The notes under the pieces: generated by a model
The model's database searches: none
What the model saw: the letters and a program-made list of their open reading frames with translations, nothing else
Told to the model about the DNA's origin: nothing
Shown here: piece by piece, positions 1 through 9,656 of the stretch
Position numbering within the stretch: the stretch's first letter is position 1
Layout of the letters: each line of letters starts with the position of its first letter
Assembly: GCA_040756295.1 (NCBI GenBank)
Contig: JBFLZN010000002.1
Coordinates: forward strand, 640,102-704,101
Origin: Pseudomonadota bacterium
GTDB taxonomy: Bacteria; Pseudomonadota; Alphaproteobacteria; Rhizobiales; Beijerinckiaceae
Direction of reading: 5' to 3'
Length of the DNA stretch: 64,000 nucleotides
Made by a program: the position numbers and the translations under genes

Positions 1-651
1 TTGGCGCGGGCCATGCCGTATTATCGGCCAAGGCCTGGGTTGCACTACGGTCAGGTTCTCGCCTCGATGCTGGGCATCCTGCGTGAGCGGCCCGCAGTGC
101 GCTGGCGGGCGATTTATCAAAGCCTGATGTTCTGCGCCTTCAATCTGTTCTGGACGACGGTGCCGCTTTTGCTCGCGCAAAGATTCAAATTGAGCGAGCA
201 CGCCGTCGCACTCTTTGCGCTCGCCGGCAGCGGCGGGGCGCTGGCGGCGCCGATCGCCGGACATCTCGCTGACCGCGGCCATATCGCCGCCGCCACGGCC
301 GGTGCGATGGCCGTGCTCGCTCTGTCCTTTGCCGGCGCGATTCCGGTCTCCGGCGCCATCGGCCTTGTCTCGCTGACGCTGCTTGCGGTTTTGATCGATG
401 CCGCGGTGCAGATCAATCAGGTGACGGGTCAGCACATCATCTTCAGCGTGCCGGGTGAAATTCGCGGCCGCGTCAACGCAATTTATATGACGACTGTTTT
501 TATAGGCGGCGCCTTCGGCTCGGTGCTCGGCACACTGCTCTATGCCCACGCCGGCTGGACGGCGACAGCCGCCTGCGGCGCGTTCATCGGCGTCTTGGCC
601 TCATCGCTCCACCTGATCGAGCGCGCGCAAGCGCGCGGCGTTCAAGCGTGA
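1..651 (+). CDS. MFS transporter (5'-truncated by window edge)
   Basis: Multiple hydrophobic helices; MFS loop motif GHLADRG; C-terminal half of a YnfM-like MFS (RGRVNAIYMT). Confidence 0.85.
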   Translation: MARAMPYYRPRPGLHYGQVLASMLGILRERPAVRWRAIYQSLMFCAFNLFWTTVPLLLAQRFKLSEHAVALFALAGSGGALAAPIAGHLADRGHIAAATAGAMAVLALSFAGAIPVSGAIGLVSLTLLAVLIDAAVQINQVTGQHIIFSVPGEIRGRVNAIYMTTVFIGGAFGSVLGTLLYAHAGWTATAACGAFIGVLASSLHLIERAQARGVQA

Positions 652-2924
652 CGCGTGATCCTGACCGGCACCGACTTATAGGACGGCGTGCCGCTTTGCG
701 GATCGTGATAGTCGAGCGGCACGAGGCCATTAGCCTCGGGATAATAGGCCGCGATCGAGCCGCGCGCGATATTGTGCGCAATCGCGATGAAGCCGACGAG
801 GCGGCGCGGCGTGCCGGAGGGCAGGACCGTCTCGATGTCGATCGCATCACCGTGCTGGATATTGTGCGCGGCGAGGTCGTCTTTGTGGACGAAGATCACG
901 TCGCGCCGGCCGAAGACGCCGCGATAGCGGTCGTCGAGACCATAGATCGTCGTATTATATTGGTCGTGGCTGCGAATGGTCGTCAGCCGCAGGACCGCGC
1001 CGTCGGCGATGACCGGGTCCTCATTGAGCCCTTGGAAGATGATGAACTCGGCCTTGCCCGACGGCGTCTTCCAGACCCGCTCGGTCGCAGGCAGTGGCAG
1101 ACGAAAGCCGCCCGGCACGCGGATGCGCTGATTGAAATCGCGGAAGTCGGGGAAGACCGATTCGATCTTGTCGCGGATGCGGTCGTAGTCTTCGACGAGC
1201 TCGGCCCAGTTGACCTTGCTCTGCGGCAACGTGGCCGCGGCCATGCCGGCGATGATCGCGGGCTCCGAACGCAAATAGCCGGAAACCGGCGGCAGCTTGC
1301 CGCGCGAGGAATGCACCATCGACATCGAATCTTCGACGGTGACCATCTGCGGACCCGCCGCTTGAATGTCATGCTCGGTGCGGCCGAGGCAGGGCAGGAC
1401 GATCGATTCCTTGCCGACGAGAAGATGCGAGCGATTGAGCTTGGTTGCGACATGCACGGCAAGATCGAGGCCGCACATGGCCGGAAAGCTTTGCTCGGGA
1501 TCGGGCATTGCCACGGCAAGGTTGCCGCCGAGGCAGATCAGCACTTTTGACCGGCCGGCGATGATCGCCTGCAAGGCCGCGACGGCATCATGGCCGTGCG
1601 CGACCGGCGGCTTGAAGCCGAAGGTCGCTTCGATCCGCTGGAGCATGTCGGCCCCGGGCTTTTCGGTGATGCCGACGGTGCGGTCGCCCTGCACGTTGGA
1701 ATGGCCGCGCAGCGGGCAGATGCCGGCGCCGGGCTTGCCGAAATTGCCGCGCATCAGCAGCAGATTGGCGATCTGCTGGACATTGTTGGTGCCGCGGCTG
1801 TGCTGGGTGACGCCCATGCCATAGGGAATGATGGTCGCGTTCGACTGCGCATAGGCGCTGGCGACGGCTTCGAGCGCGCTGCGCGAAAGCCCGCTTGCGG
1901 CCTCGATCTCCGCCCATTCGGTCGCGTCGAGATCGGCGACGAGCGTCTCGAAGCCGCGCGTATGTTCGGCGATGAAGTCGTGATCGATGACCGGCGCATT
2001 GCGTCCCGGGGCGCGGTCGAGCGCGACGAGCGCTTTCATGATGCCCTTGAGCGCCGCGGCGTCGCCGCCAACCTTCACCTGATAATAGGACGAGGCGATG
2101 TTCTCATAGCCGAAGGTCGACATTTCGATCGCGTTTTGCGGATCGGCAAACCGCTCCAAGGCCCGCTCGCGCATCGGATTGAAGACGATGATCGGCACGC
2201 CGCGCTTGGCGCATTCATGCAACGTGCCCATCATGCGCGGATGATTGGTGCCGGGATTGTGGCCGATCGAGATGATCAGATCGCAATGGTCGAAATCATC
2301 GAGCGAGACGGTGCCTTTGCCGAGGCCGATCGACTGCGGCAGGCCGACGCTCGTCGCCTCATGGCACATGTTGGAGCAGTCGGGGAAATTGTTGGTGCCG
2401 TATTCACGGGCGAAGATCTGGTAGAGAAAGGCGGCCTCGTTCGAGGCCCGGCCGGAGGTGTAGAACTCGACGGCATTGGGGTCGGCCTGGGCGCGGAGCA
2501 CTTCGCCGATGCGCTGGAACGCCGCCTCCCAGGAGATCGCCTGATAGCGATCGGTGGCATGGTCGTAGATCAGCGGATGGGTCAGGCGGCCGGCATTCTC
2601 CAGCTCGTAATCGGTCCAGTTCCACAGGTCCGAGACCGTATGGCCTTCGAAGAACTCGGGCGAAACGCGCTTCTTCGTCGCCTCCCAGGTCACCGCCTTG
2701 GCGCCATTCTCGCAGAACTGGAAGGTCGAGGTATGCTCCTTGTCCGGCCAGGCGCAGCCCGGGCAATCGAACCCGTCGGGCTTGTTGGTGCGGAACAGGG
2801 TCACGGCCGCCTCGGCGGTCTCCATCTGCTCGCGGACAGCCTTGGCCGTGGCTTTCAACGCGCCCCAGCCACCCGCCGGCGCGGTATATTTCTTAATGCC
2901 GGGAACGGCGCGCTGCTGAGCCAT
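642..2924 (-). CDS. FdhF/YdeP-family molybdopterin oxidoreductase
   Basis: GFDCPGCAWPD, FCENGAKA, YTSGRASNE, NFPDCSNMCHE, RGHSNVQG and RSHDQYNTTIYG motifs typical of YdeP. Confidence 0.93.
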   Translation of the reverse strand: MAQQRAVPGIKKYTAPAGGWGALKATAKAVREQMETAEAAVTLFRTNKPDGFDCPGCAWPDKEHTSTFQFCENGAKAVTWEATKKRVSPEFFEGHTVSDLWNWTDYELENAGRLTHPLIYDHATDRYQAISWEAAFQRIGEVLRAQADPNAVEFYTSGRASNEAAFLYQIFAREYGTNNFPDCSNMCHEATSVGLPQSIGLGKGTVSLDDFDHCDLIISIGHNPGTNHPRMMGTLHECAKRGVPIIVFNPMRERALERFADPQNAIEMSTFGYENIASSYYQVKVGGDAAALKGIMKALVALDRAPGRNAPVIDHDFIAEHTRGFETLVADLDATEWAEIEAASGLSRSALEAVASAYAQSNATIIPYGMGVTQHSRGTNNVQQIANLLLMRGNFGKPGAGICPLRGHSNVQGDRTVGITEKPGADMLQRIEATFGFKPPVAHGHDAVAALQAIIAGRSKVLICLGGNLAVAMPDPEQSFPAMCGLDLAVHVATKLNRSHLLVGKESIVLPCLGRTEHDIQAAGPQMVTVEDSMSMVHSSRGKLPPVSGYLRSEPAIIAGMAAATLPQSKVNWAELVEDYDRIRDKIESVFPDFRDFNQRIRVPGGFRLPLPATERVWKTPSGKAEFIIFQGLNEDPVIADGAVLRLTTIRSHDQYNTTIYGLDDRYRGVFGRRDVIFVHKDDLAAHNIQHGDAIDIETVLPSGTPRRLVGFIAIAHNIARGSIAAYYPEANGLVPLDYHDPQSGTPSYKSVPVRITRHA

Positions 2925-3063
2925 AATATAGCCTCTGCCTATGGAGCGATTTGCAGGCGCTGGCCTCGCGTTTTACCCGCCAGATCAAGATTTCACGCCT
3001 ACATTGCAACGCACATGTAAGGGCGGAAATGGCCAAAATCCAATGAAAGTCTCCGAACAGTGT

Positions 3064-3078
3064 ATAGATAATATCTAT
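3064..3078. promoter_or_regulatory. Dyad ATAGAT-N3-ATCTAT (T-N11-A, LysR-type operator-like)
   Basis: Perfect inverted repeat in the AT-rich divergent ydeP/doxX intergenic region. Confidence 0.4.
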
Positions 3079-3165
3079 CATTCGGCTGCTTTTTGAGGCA
3101 TGGGGTCAAGCCGGCCGGGTCTATGGTAACGTCGTGTCACGCGGCTCGAGGGGAGGGGATCGACC

Positions 3166-3594
3166 ATGCGCAGCACGTTTGGTGCGGAGACGGTCAGAGA
3201 CGTCGTTTTGCTCGTCGCGCGGATTCTGCTGGTTCTGTTGTTTGTGATCTTCGGCTGGCAGAAGCTCATCGGCTTCGGCGGGACGGTCGCCTACTTCTCT
3301 CACAGCGGCGTCCCGATGCCGTTCCTGGCTGCATTGGTTGCTGTGGCGATGGAATTGGTCGCCGGCATCGCCATCGGGCTTGGTCTCTTCACCCGCCCGC
3401 TTGCCTTGCTGATGGCGCTTTACACGCTCGGCACGGCGCTGCTCGGCCATCCGTTCTGGAACCTCGCCGGCGTGGCGCGGGTGGAGGCCGAAATCAACTT
3501 TCTCAAAAACGTCGGCCTCATCGGCGGCTTTCTGCTGCTCTATGTGACTGGCGCAGGCCGCTATTCGCTCGACGACAAGATCGACGCGATCTAG
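3166..3594 (+). CDS. DoxX family membrane protein
   Basis: Four TM helices; GWQKL, EL..G..I.LGLFTR, HPFW, FLKN..LIGG, GAGRYSLD motifs. Confidence 0.9.
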   Translation: MRSTFGAETVRDVVLLVARILLVLLFVIFGWQKLIGFGGTVAYFSHSGVPMPFLAALVAVAMELVAGIAIGLGLFTRPLALLMALYTLGTALLGHPFWNLAGVARVEAEINFLKNVGLIGGFLLLYVTGAGRYSLDDKIDAI

Positions 3595-4643
3595 TCGTCG
3601 GCTAGTTCTCCGGCGACAGCCGCGCGGACGCGCGGCGCGACCTCGTTGCCCAAAAGTTCGATTGAGCGGGTCATCACCTCATGATCGAGCGCCGCGACGC
3701 TCATCTGCAAGGTGATGCGCGAGACGCCGCCGAGCGCCTCGCTCGCCTTCAACATTTTCTCCGCGACGGTGTCGGGGTCGCCGATCAGATAGGCGCCATG
3801 CGGACCGGCCATGGCGTCGAATTGCGCCCGCGACGGCGGCGACCAGCCGCGTTCGCGGCCGATTGCGCCGAACATGGCGAGCCAGCCGGGGAAGAACATG
3901 TCCTTCGCCGCTTGTGTGGTCTCGGCGACGAAGCCGACCGCATGCAGCCCGACTTTAAGCGTCTCCGCCGCATGACCGGCGCGCAGCCCGGCCTCGCGAT
4001 AAAGATCGACGAGCGGGCGAAAGCGGCGGAACTCGCCGCCGATGATCGCACCCATCAGCGGCAAGCCCAAAGTCCCGGCGCGGGCGAAGGATTGCGGCGT
4101 TCCGCCGACGCCGACCCAGATCGGCAGCTTCTCTTGCAAGGGCCGCGGATAGATGCCCTGGCCTTGGAGCGGCGGCCGGAAGCGGCCAGACCAGGTGATC
4201 TCCGTCGCGTCGCGAATCTTGAGCAGCAGGTCGAGCTTTTCGACGAAGAGATCGTCGTAATCCTCGAAGTCAAAGCCGAAGAGCGGATAGGCTTCGCCGA
4301 ACGAGCCGCGGCCAACGATGATTTCGGCGCGGCCTTGCGAAATGAGATCGAGGGTCGCGAATTCCTGGAAAACGCGCACCGGATCGGCGGCGCTGAGAAC
4401 CGTCACCGCGCTGCCGAGCCTGATCGTGCTGGTGCGCGCGGCCGCGGCGGCGAGGATCACGGCCGGCGCGGAATCGAGGAACTCCGGCCGGTGATGCTCG
4501 CCGATGCCGAACACGTCGAGACCGACGCGGTCGGCGACCAGGATTTCGTCGAGAAGATCGGCCATGCGCGCCGCCGGCGCGACAAGTCTGCCGGTCGCGG
4601 GATCGGGCACATTGGCGGCGAAACTGTCGATGCCGATTTCCAC
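3591..4643 (-). CDS. LLM-class flavin-dependent oxidoreductase
   Basis: FGIGEHHRPEF, IRLGSAVTVLSAADPVRV, GRAEIIVGRGSF motifs. Confidence 0.92.
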   Translation of the reverse strand: MEIGIDSFAANVPDPATGRLVAPAARMADLLDEILVADRVGLDVFGIGEHHRPEFLDSAPAVILAAAAARTSTIRLGSAVTVLSAADPVRVFQEFATLDLISQGRAEIIVGRGSFGEAYPLFGFDFEDYDDLFVEKLDLLLKIRDATEITWSGRFRPPLQGQGIYPRPLQEKLPIWVGVGGTPQSFARAGTLGLPLMGAIIGGEFRRFRPLVDLYREAGLRAGHAAETLKVGLHAVGFVAETTQAAKDMFFPGWLAMFGAIGRERGWSPPSRAQFDAMAGPHGAYLIGDPDTVAEKMLKASEALGGVSRITLQMSVAALDHEVMTRSIELLGNEVAPRVRAAVAGELADD

Positions 4644-4670
4644 GGCAGCTCTCTCGCTAGACGGCGCCGG

Positions 4671-5243
4671 TCATTTGGCGCGCGTCGCCACAATATCGAT
4701 ATCGATGCCGACCTCCAGCGCCACATAATCGCCCGTCGTCCATTGGCCCTGGCCGACGCCGAAGGCGGTGCGGATAAGCGTCGCATGGCCCTTGGCATGG
4801 GCGCTTGCGCCGTTGACGTCGAGCGCGAAGGGCAGCGTGAGCGGATGGGCGGCGCCGCGCAGCGTCAGCGTCCCGGCGGCCTCATAAGTACCGTCCGGCT
4901 TCTTGCGTATGGTGTTCGAGGCGAAGGTCGCTTGCGGGAAATGCGCAATGTCGAACCAATCGTCGCCGGGTAAAGCGGTGTCGCGCTGCTCGTCGCCTGT
5001 TGCGGCGCTCGAAAGATCGACCGCCACTTTGATATGCGACGTTTCGAGATGTGCGGGATCGAAGGCGATCGCCGCGTTGTAGCGCGTAAAACTCCCAGTG
5101 AACGGATCGCCGGTCTGGGTTCCGGAAAAACCGAGCTTGCTTTTCGCAAGGTCGATTGTCCAGTTCGGTGCGTCGGCGGCCGCGGCGCGCACTGTTGCGA
5201 GCGTCGCGACGAGCAAGGCCGCGAGGATTTTTGATCCTGTCAT
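4671..5243 (-). CDS. YceI family periplasmic lipid/polyisoprenoid-binding protein
   Basis: Signal peptide; WTID...S.LGF, WFD...FPQATF, GTLTLRG motifs; ATG overlaps upstream stop (start moved from 5315). Confidence 0.88.
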   Translation of the reverse strand: MTGSKILAALLVATLATVRAAAADAPNWTIDLAKSKLGFSGTQTGDPFTGSFTRYNAAIAFDPAHLETSHIKVAVDLSSAATGDEQRDTALPGDDWFDIAHFPQATFASNTIRKKPDGTYEAAGTLTLRGAAHPLTLPFALDVNGASAHAKGHATLIRTAFGVGQGQWTTGDYVALEVGIDIDIVATRAK

Positions 5244-5839
5244 TGATTTGCTGTTTCCGATTGATGTCTGCGCCCGTGCGGCAACATGCGCGTCAACACG
5301 TCGTCGCGGAGCCAAAGATGATGCCGCAACGCCGCGGCGGCATGCAGCGTGACGAGTGCGATCAGCGCGAAGGCGAGATAATCATGCGTGCGGGCCAGAA
5401 CGTGATCGACCGGCGCCTTGTTGTGCAGCGTCGAGAGGATCGGCAGATGCGGCCAGGGAACGAGGCCATAAAGCACGGTCGGAATATTGAGCGGCGCGGC
5501 CGAGACCACCGCCCAGCCGGTCATGGGCAGCACGAAAAGAAAGCCGTAGAGCAAGAGGTGGCTTGCTCCCGCGGCCTTGCGTTCGAGCGGCGGCATCGCG
5601 GCGGGTAAGGATGGCGGCCGGTGCACCAGCCGCCAGGCGAGGCGCAGAAAAGCCGCGAGCAGGATGGTGATGCCGATCGATTTATGCAGCTGATAGAGCT
5701 TGAACAGATCGTGCGGCTTCAGCTTCACATGCGTCATCGTCAGGCCGATCACGGCGAGGGCGATGATGCCCAGCGCCATGATCCAGTGAAGAAAGATGGC
5801 AACCGCCGTATAGCGGCTGCCGGATTGCGCGGCCGTCAT
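5240..5839 (-). CDS. Cytochrome b561 (YceJ-like)
   Basis: FLHW, HKSIGITILL, H..LY...P.TG, LHAAAALRHH heme-ligand pattern. Confidence 0.9.
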   Translation of the reverse strand: MTAAQSGSRYTAVAIFLHWIMALGIIALAVIGLTMTHVKLKPHDLFKLYQLHKSIGITILLAAFLRLAWRLVHRPPSLPAAMPPLERKAAGASHLLLYGFLFVLPMTGWAVVSAAPLNIPTVLYGLVPWPHLPILSTLHNKAPVDHVLARTHDYLAFALIALVTLHAAAALRHHLWLRDDVLTRMLPHGRRHQSETANQ

Positions 5840-5841
5840 GT

Positions 5842-6459
5842 TTACGGCTTCAGTTCGAACGCGCCGGCGATCGTCAGGCGAACGTCGTCGCCGATATAGG
5901 GGACGTAGGCGCTGACACCGAATTCGCTGCGCTTGATCGTGCCGCTCGCCGAAAAACCGACCGTATAGGCTTTGTCGATCGGATTGACGCCGGCGCCGAC
6001 GAGATGCGCCTTCAAGGTAATCGGCTTCGTCACGCCATGCAGGGTCAAGGTGCCATTGATGATCGCGCTCGCCTTACCGGCGAGGGTCACTTTGGTCGAG
6101 ACGAATTCGGCGGTCGGATATTTCGCCGTATCGAACCATTTCTCGCCCTTCAGCTCGCCGGTGAGCTTCGGCACGGTCGTCAGCACCGAATCGACCGGGA
6201 TCGTCACATCGAGCTTATCGGCGCCGGGATTGGCGGGATCGAGCGTCAGCGCGCCCGACGCGCCGGAAAAGAAGCCGGAATATTCCGTCAGCCCGAAATG
6301 CAGGAGCGAGAAGGCGACCTGCGTATGATAGGGCTCGACCTTGTAGGCGCCGGCCTTGACCGTGGCCGGGTCGCGCGACACCTGGGCGAGGCCCGGCGCG
6401 GCGGCGGCAAAAGCGAGCGCGGCCGTCAGCGCGGACGCGGCAAAGATCTGGGTTTTCAT
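5842..6459 (-). CDS. YceI family protein
   Basis: GGAG RBS before MKTQIF; signal peptide; H.QV.F...HFG, WFD..KYPTA.F, GTLTLHGVTKP, G.IKRSEFG. Confidence 0.9.
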   Translation of the reverse strand: MKTQIFAASALTAALAFAAAAPGLAQVSRDPATVKAGAYKVEPYHTQVAFSLLHFGLTEYSGFFSGASGALTLDPANPGADKLDVTIPVDSVLTTVPKLTGELKGEKWFDTAKYPTAEFVSTKVTLAGKASAIINGTLTLHGVTKPITLKAHLVGAGVNPIDKAYTVGFSASGTIKRSEFGVSAYVPYIGDDVRLTIAGAFELKP

Positions 6460-6587
6460 CGGGATACTCCTGGGGACGCCGGCGCGGCGCGCGGGCGGGA
6501 TGTCCTGTCGCCGGGGGGCCGGCGCAATGGCGGTTCTGCTCTCAGATTGTCGTCCATGTGAATAGCCGTTATATTTCGATCTTATCC

Positions 6588-6602
6588 ATCGCTGGAGCCG
6601 AT
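6588..6602. promoter_or_regulatory. LysR-type binding site ATCG-N7-CGAT
   Basis: T-N11-A dyad immediately upstream of the lysR start, between the divergent lysR and yceI operon. Confidence 0.55.
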
Positions 6603-6607
6603 AGAAC

Positions 6608-7555
6608 ATGTTGGATGGCATTTCGCTCGATCAATTGCGCACCTTCATCGCCGCAGTCGAAGAAGGCAGCTTTTCGGCCGCCGCGCGCAAGCTGCGCCGG
6701 GCGCAATCCGCCGTGAGCGAAATGGTCAGCGCGCTGGAAGAGCAGATCGGCGTGCCGCTCTTCGACCGCAGCGGCCGTTATCCCAGATTGACCGCGGCCG
6801 GCACGGTTCTTCTCGCCGATGCGCGCGGCATCGTCTGCGGGGTCGATTTCATGAAAGCCCGCGCCAGGGGCATGTCGACAGGCCTCGAGCCCGAGCTTTC
6901 GGCGGTCGTCGATGTCTTCTTTCCCATCGCGGCGATCACCGCGTCGGCGAAGGAATTCCGCGAGAAATTTCCCGGCACGCCGCTGCGGCTCTATGTCGAA
7001 GCTCTGGGCGGCGTCTACCAGCCCTTGCTCGACGGGCGCGCCAGCCTTGGCGTCGTCGGCCCGCTACCGCTGATGCCGCCGAATATTTCCGCCGAGCGGC
7101 TGCCCGACATCGGCTTTGCCATCGTCGCCTCGCATGATCATCCATTGGCGATGTTCGGAGGCCCGATTCCGCGCACGGAGCTTGCGAAACATGTCCAGCT
7201 TGTCCTGACCGACCGTTCGGAGCTTTCGGCGGGGCGCGAAGTCGGTGTGCTGTCGCCCGCGACCTGGCGGCTCTCCGATCTTTTTGCCAAACATGCCTTT
7301 CTGCTCAACGGGCTTGGTTTCGGCGGCATGCCCTTGCATACGGTGAAGCCTGATCTCGACAGCGGCAGGCTTGTCACACTCGATATCGAGGATGTGCCGG
7401 CGAGCGGCATGATGCTGCCCATGTATGCCGTCTATCACACGGCGTCACCACCGGGCCCCGCCGGGCGCTGGCTGATCGAGCGGCTGAAAACCTGTCCGAG
7501 CAAGCTGCCGCAAGGTGGGCTTCAAATGGCTCCCGCGTTCTCATTAAATCCCTGA
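6608..7555 (+). CDS. LysR family transcriptional regulator
   Basis: N-terminal HTH LDQLRTF...EEGSFSAAARKL.RAQSAVS..V..LE..IG..LFDR. Confidence 0.95.
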   Translation: MLDGISLDQLRTFIAAVEEGSFSAAARKLRRAQSAVSEMVSALEEQIGVPLFDRSGRYPRLTAAGTVLLADARGIVCGVDFMKARARGMSTGLEPELSAVVDVFFPIAAITASAKEFREKFPGTPLRLYVEALGGVYQPLLDGRASLGVVGPLPLMPPNISAERLPDIGFAIVASHDHPLAMFGGPIPRTELAKHVQLVLTDRSELSAGREVGVLSPATWRLSDLFAKHAFLLNGLGFGGMPLHTVKPDLDSGRLVTLDIEDVPASGMMLPMYAVYHTASPPGPAGRWLIERLKTCPSKLPQGGLQMAPAFSLNP

Positions 7556-7568
7556 GGTCGCGTTTGCA

Positions 7569-7661
7569 GCCAATCACGCATTCGCCAGTTTCCTTCAGCG
7601 CGCGATCGCTGTAATCCCACGGGCCAATGATGCAGCCGATCGGCGGCGCATGCGGCATCAC
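7569..7661 (-). pseudogene. Remnant of a flavin-reductase-like gene
   Basis: Translation PPIGCIIGPWDYSDRALKETGECVI resembles the internal segment of flavin reductase family proteins; no intact gene around it. Confidence 0.55.
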
Positions 7662-7696
7662 GCATTATTCAGCCCCACAAAACCCAGCGGGACTTC

Positions 7697-8308
7697 ATGC
7701 CAAAATATTTGCTGAGCCTGTTTGCGTTCATCGCTTTTGCTTTTGCGGCGTCAGGCGCCGAGGCGCAGCAAAAGTTCAATCTCGTCGAGAGCGTTCTCAA
7801 CGATCCGGCGACGCCGGTCGGCGGCAATCCGAAAGGCGACGTCAGCATTGTCGCCTTCCTCGATTATAATTGCCCCTATTGCCGCAAGGCGACGCCGGAT
7901 CTCGATAAAGTCGTCGCGGCCGACGGGCATGTGAAAGTCATCTACAAGGATTGGCCGATCCTCGCGCCCTCGTCGGTCGTTGCCGCAAAGGTCGCCATCG
8001 CCGCCAATTACCAGGGCAAATATCAAGAAGCGCATGATGCGCTGATGGCGATCAAGCTGCGCCCGGTGACTCTGCCCGCGATCAAGGCGGCCGTTCAATC
8101 TGCCGGCGTCGACATCGCGCAATTGGACAAGGACCTTGCCGCGCATAACGCCGACATCGGTGCCTTATTGCAGCGAAACATCGCCGAGGCCGATGCCTTG
8201 CATCTGCAAGGCACGCCGGTCTTTCTCGTCGGCCCTTATCTGATTGCCGGCGGTCTCGACCAGGCCGGCTTCCGCGGCGCTGTCGCGAAAGCCCGCGCGG
8301 CGAAATAG
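7697..8308 (+). CDS. DsbA family thiol-disulfide oxidoreductase
   Basis: Signal peptide; GNPKGDV, FLDYNCPYCRK (CXXC), GTP cis-Pro loop. Confidence 0.92.
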   Translation: MPKYLLSLFAFIAFAFAASGAEAQQKFNLVESVLNDPATPVGGNPKGDVSIVAFLDYNCPYCRKATPDLDKVVAADGHVKVIYKDWPILAPSSVVAAKVAIAANYQGKYQEAHDALMAIKLRPVTLPAIKAAVQSAGVDIAQLDKDLAAHNADIGALLQRNIAEADALHLQGTPVFLVGPYLIAGGLDQAGFRGAVAKARAAK

Positions 8309-8330
8309 GATTTCGAAAGCGGATCAATAC

Positions 8331-9575
8331 ATGGATGACGTGTTCGATGTTGCCATTGTCGGGGCCGGCGCGGCCGGTCTTGCCGCGGCTTTGGAGCTTC
8401 AACGGGCCGGGCGATCGATCGTCGTGCTCGAGGCGCGCGCACGGGCCGGCGGCCGGGCGCATACATTCGACGCACGCGGCGAATTCCCGCTCGACGCCGG
8501 CTGCGGCTGGGTTCATTCCGCCGATCAAAATGTGCTCGTCCCGCTGATCGAGGACGCCGGTCTTGCGCTCGAAAAGAACGGCGCGAACTGGGGCCGCCAA
8601 TCCGGCAATCAGGGATTCAGCGCTGCGGAGCAGAAAGAATTCGGTGAGGCGTTCGAGGCTTTGGATGCGCGGCTTGCCGCGGCGGCGATCAAGGGCGTCG
8701 ATGCGCCTGCCTCGGATTATCTTGAACCCGGCTGCCGCTGGAACGGCCTGATCGACGCGGTCTCGTCTTATTACAACGGCACCGAAGTCGATCGCGTTTC
8801 GGTGCTCGATTATGCCGCCTATGTCGATAGCGGCGTGAATTGGCGGGTGAAGCAAGGCTATGGTGCTGCGATCACGGCGCTCGCCAAGTCGATCGCGCCG
8901 CATTTTTCTTGCGCGGTCACGGCGATTGACCATCGCAGCGTGCCGGTGCGCCTGACGACGCAGGAGGGCCCAATTGCGGCGCGGGCGGTGATCGTCGCCG
9001 TGCCGACGAACCTTCTTGCCAAAGAGCGGATCGCCTTCACGCCAGGCCTGCCGGACAAGGCCGAAGCCGCGGCCGGCCTGCCGCTCGGCACGGCGGAAAA
9101 GGCCTTCTTCTTTCTTGAGCAACCGAAGGAACTGCCGGTCGAAGGCCACCTTTTCGGCCATATCGACCGCGCCGCGACGGCGTCCTTTCACACCCGGCCC
9201 TTCGGCCGGCCTTACATCGAAGCCTATCTCGGCGGCCGAAATGCCGAAGATTTGATCCGCGAGGGCGAGGGGGCTTTGAGCGCCTTCGCGCTCGACGAAT
9301 TGGCCGCGCTCATCGGCTCGTCCTTCCGCCGCCGCGTCAATCCGATCGCCGAGACCGGCTGGAGTCGCGATCCGTGGGCGCTCGGCTCTTATTCGCACGC
9401 CCTGCCGGGCCATGCCGGGGCCCGGGCTGTGCTCGCCGCGCCCGTGGCGGAGCGGCTTTTCTTCGCCGGCGAGGCGACCCATCCGTCGTTCTTTTCGACG
9501 GTGCATGGGGCTTGGGAGAGCGGCATCCGCGCTGCCGAGGAGGCGCTTGCCGTGCTGCCGGCGCCTGAGCTTTGA
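8331..9575 (+). CDS. Flavin monoamine oxidase family protein
   Basis: VAIVGAGAAGL..A, LEARARAGGR, DAGCGWVH, C-terminal FFAGEAT...TVHGAWESG; start set at ATG 8331. Confidence 0.9.
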   Translation: MDDVFDVAIVGAGAAGLAAALELQRAGRSIVVLEARARAGGRAHTFDARGEFPLDAGCGWVHSADQNVLVPLIEDAGLALEKNGANWGRQSGNQGFSAAEQKEFGEAFEALDARLAAAAIKGVDAPASDYLEPGCRWNGLIDAVSSYYNGTEVDRVSVLDYAAYVDSGVNWRVKQGYGAAITALAKSIAPHFSCAVTAIDHRSVPVRLTTQEGPIAARAVIVAVPTNLLAKERIAFTPGLPDKAEAAAGLPLGTAEKAFFFLEQPKELPVEGHLFGHIDRAATASFHTRPFGRPYIEAYLGGRNAEDLIREGEGALSAFALDELAALIGSSFRRRVNPIAETGWSRDPWALGSYSHALPGHAGARAVLAAPVAERLFFAGEATHPSFFSTVHGAWESGIRAAEEALAVLPAPEL

Positions 9576-9656
9576 CGGCGCCTCGCGCTTAAGGTTCGGA
9601 TAAGCTGTGGTCCCTAGGGTGCGGGCCTTCCCCCGGGGCGGATCGGCATTTGAATC

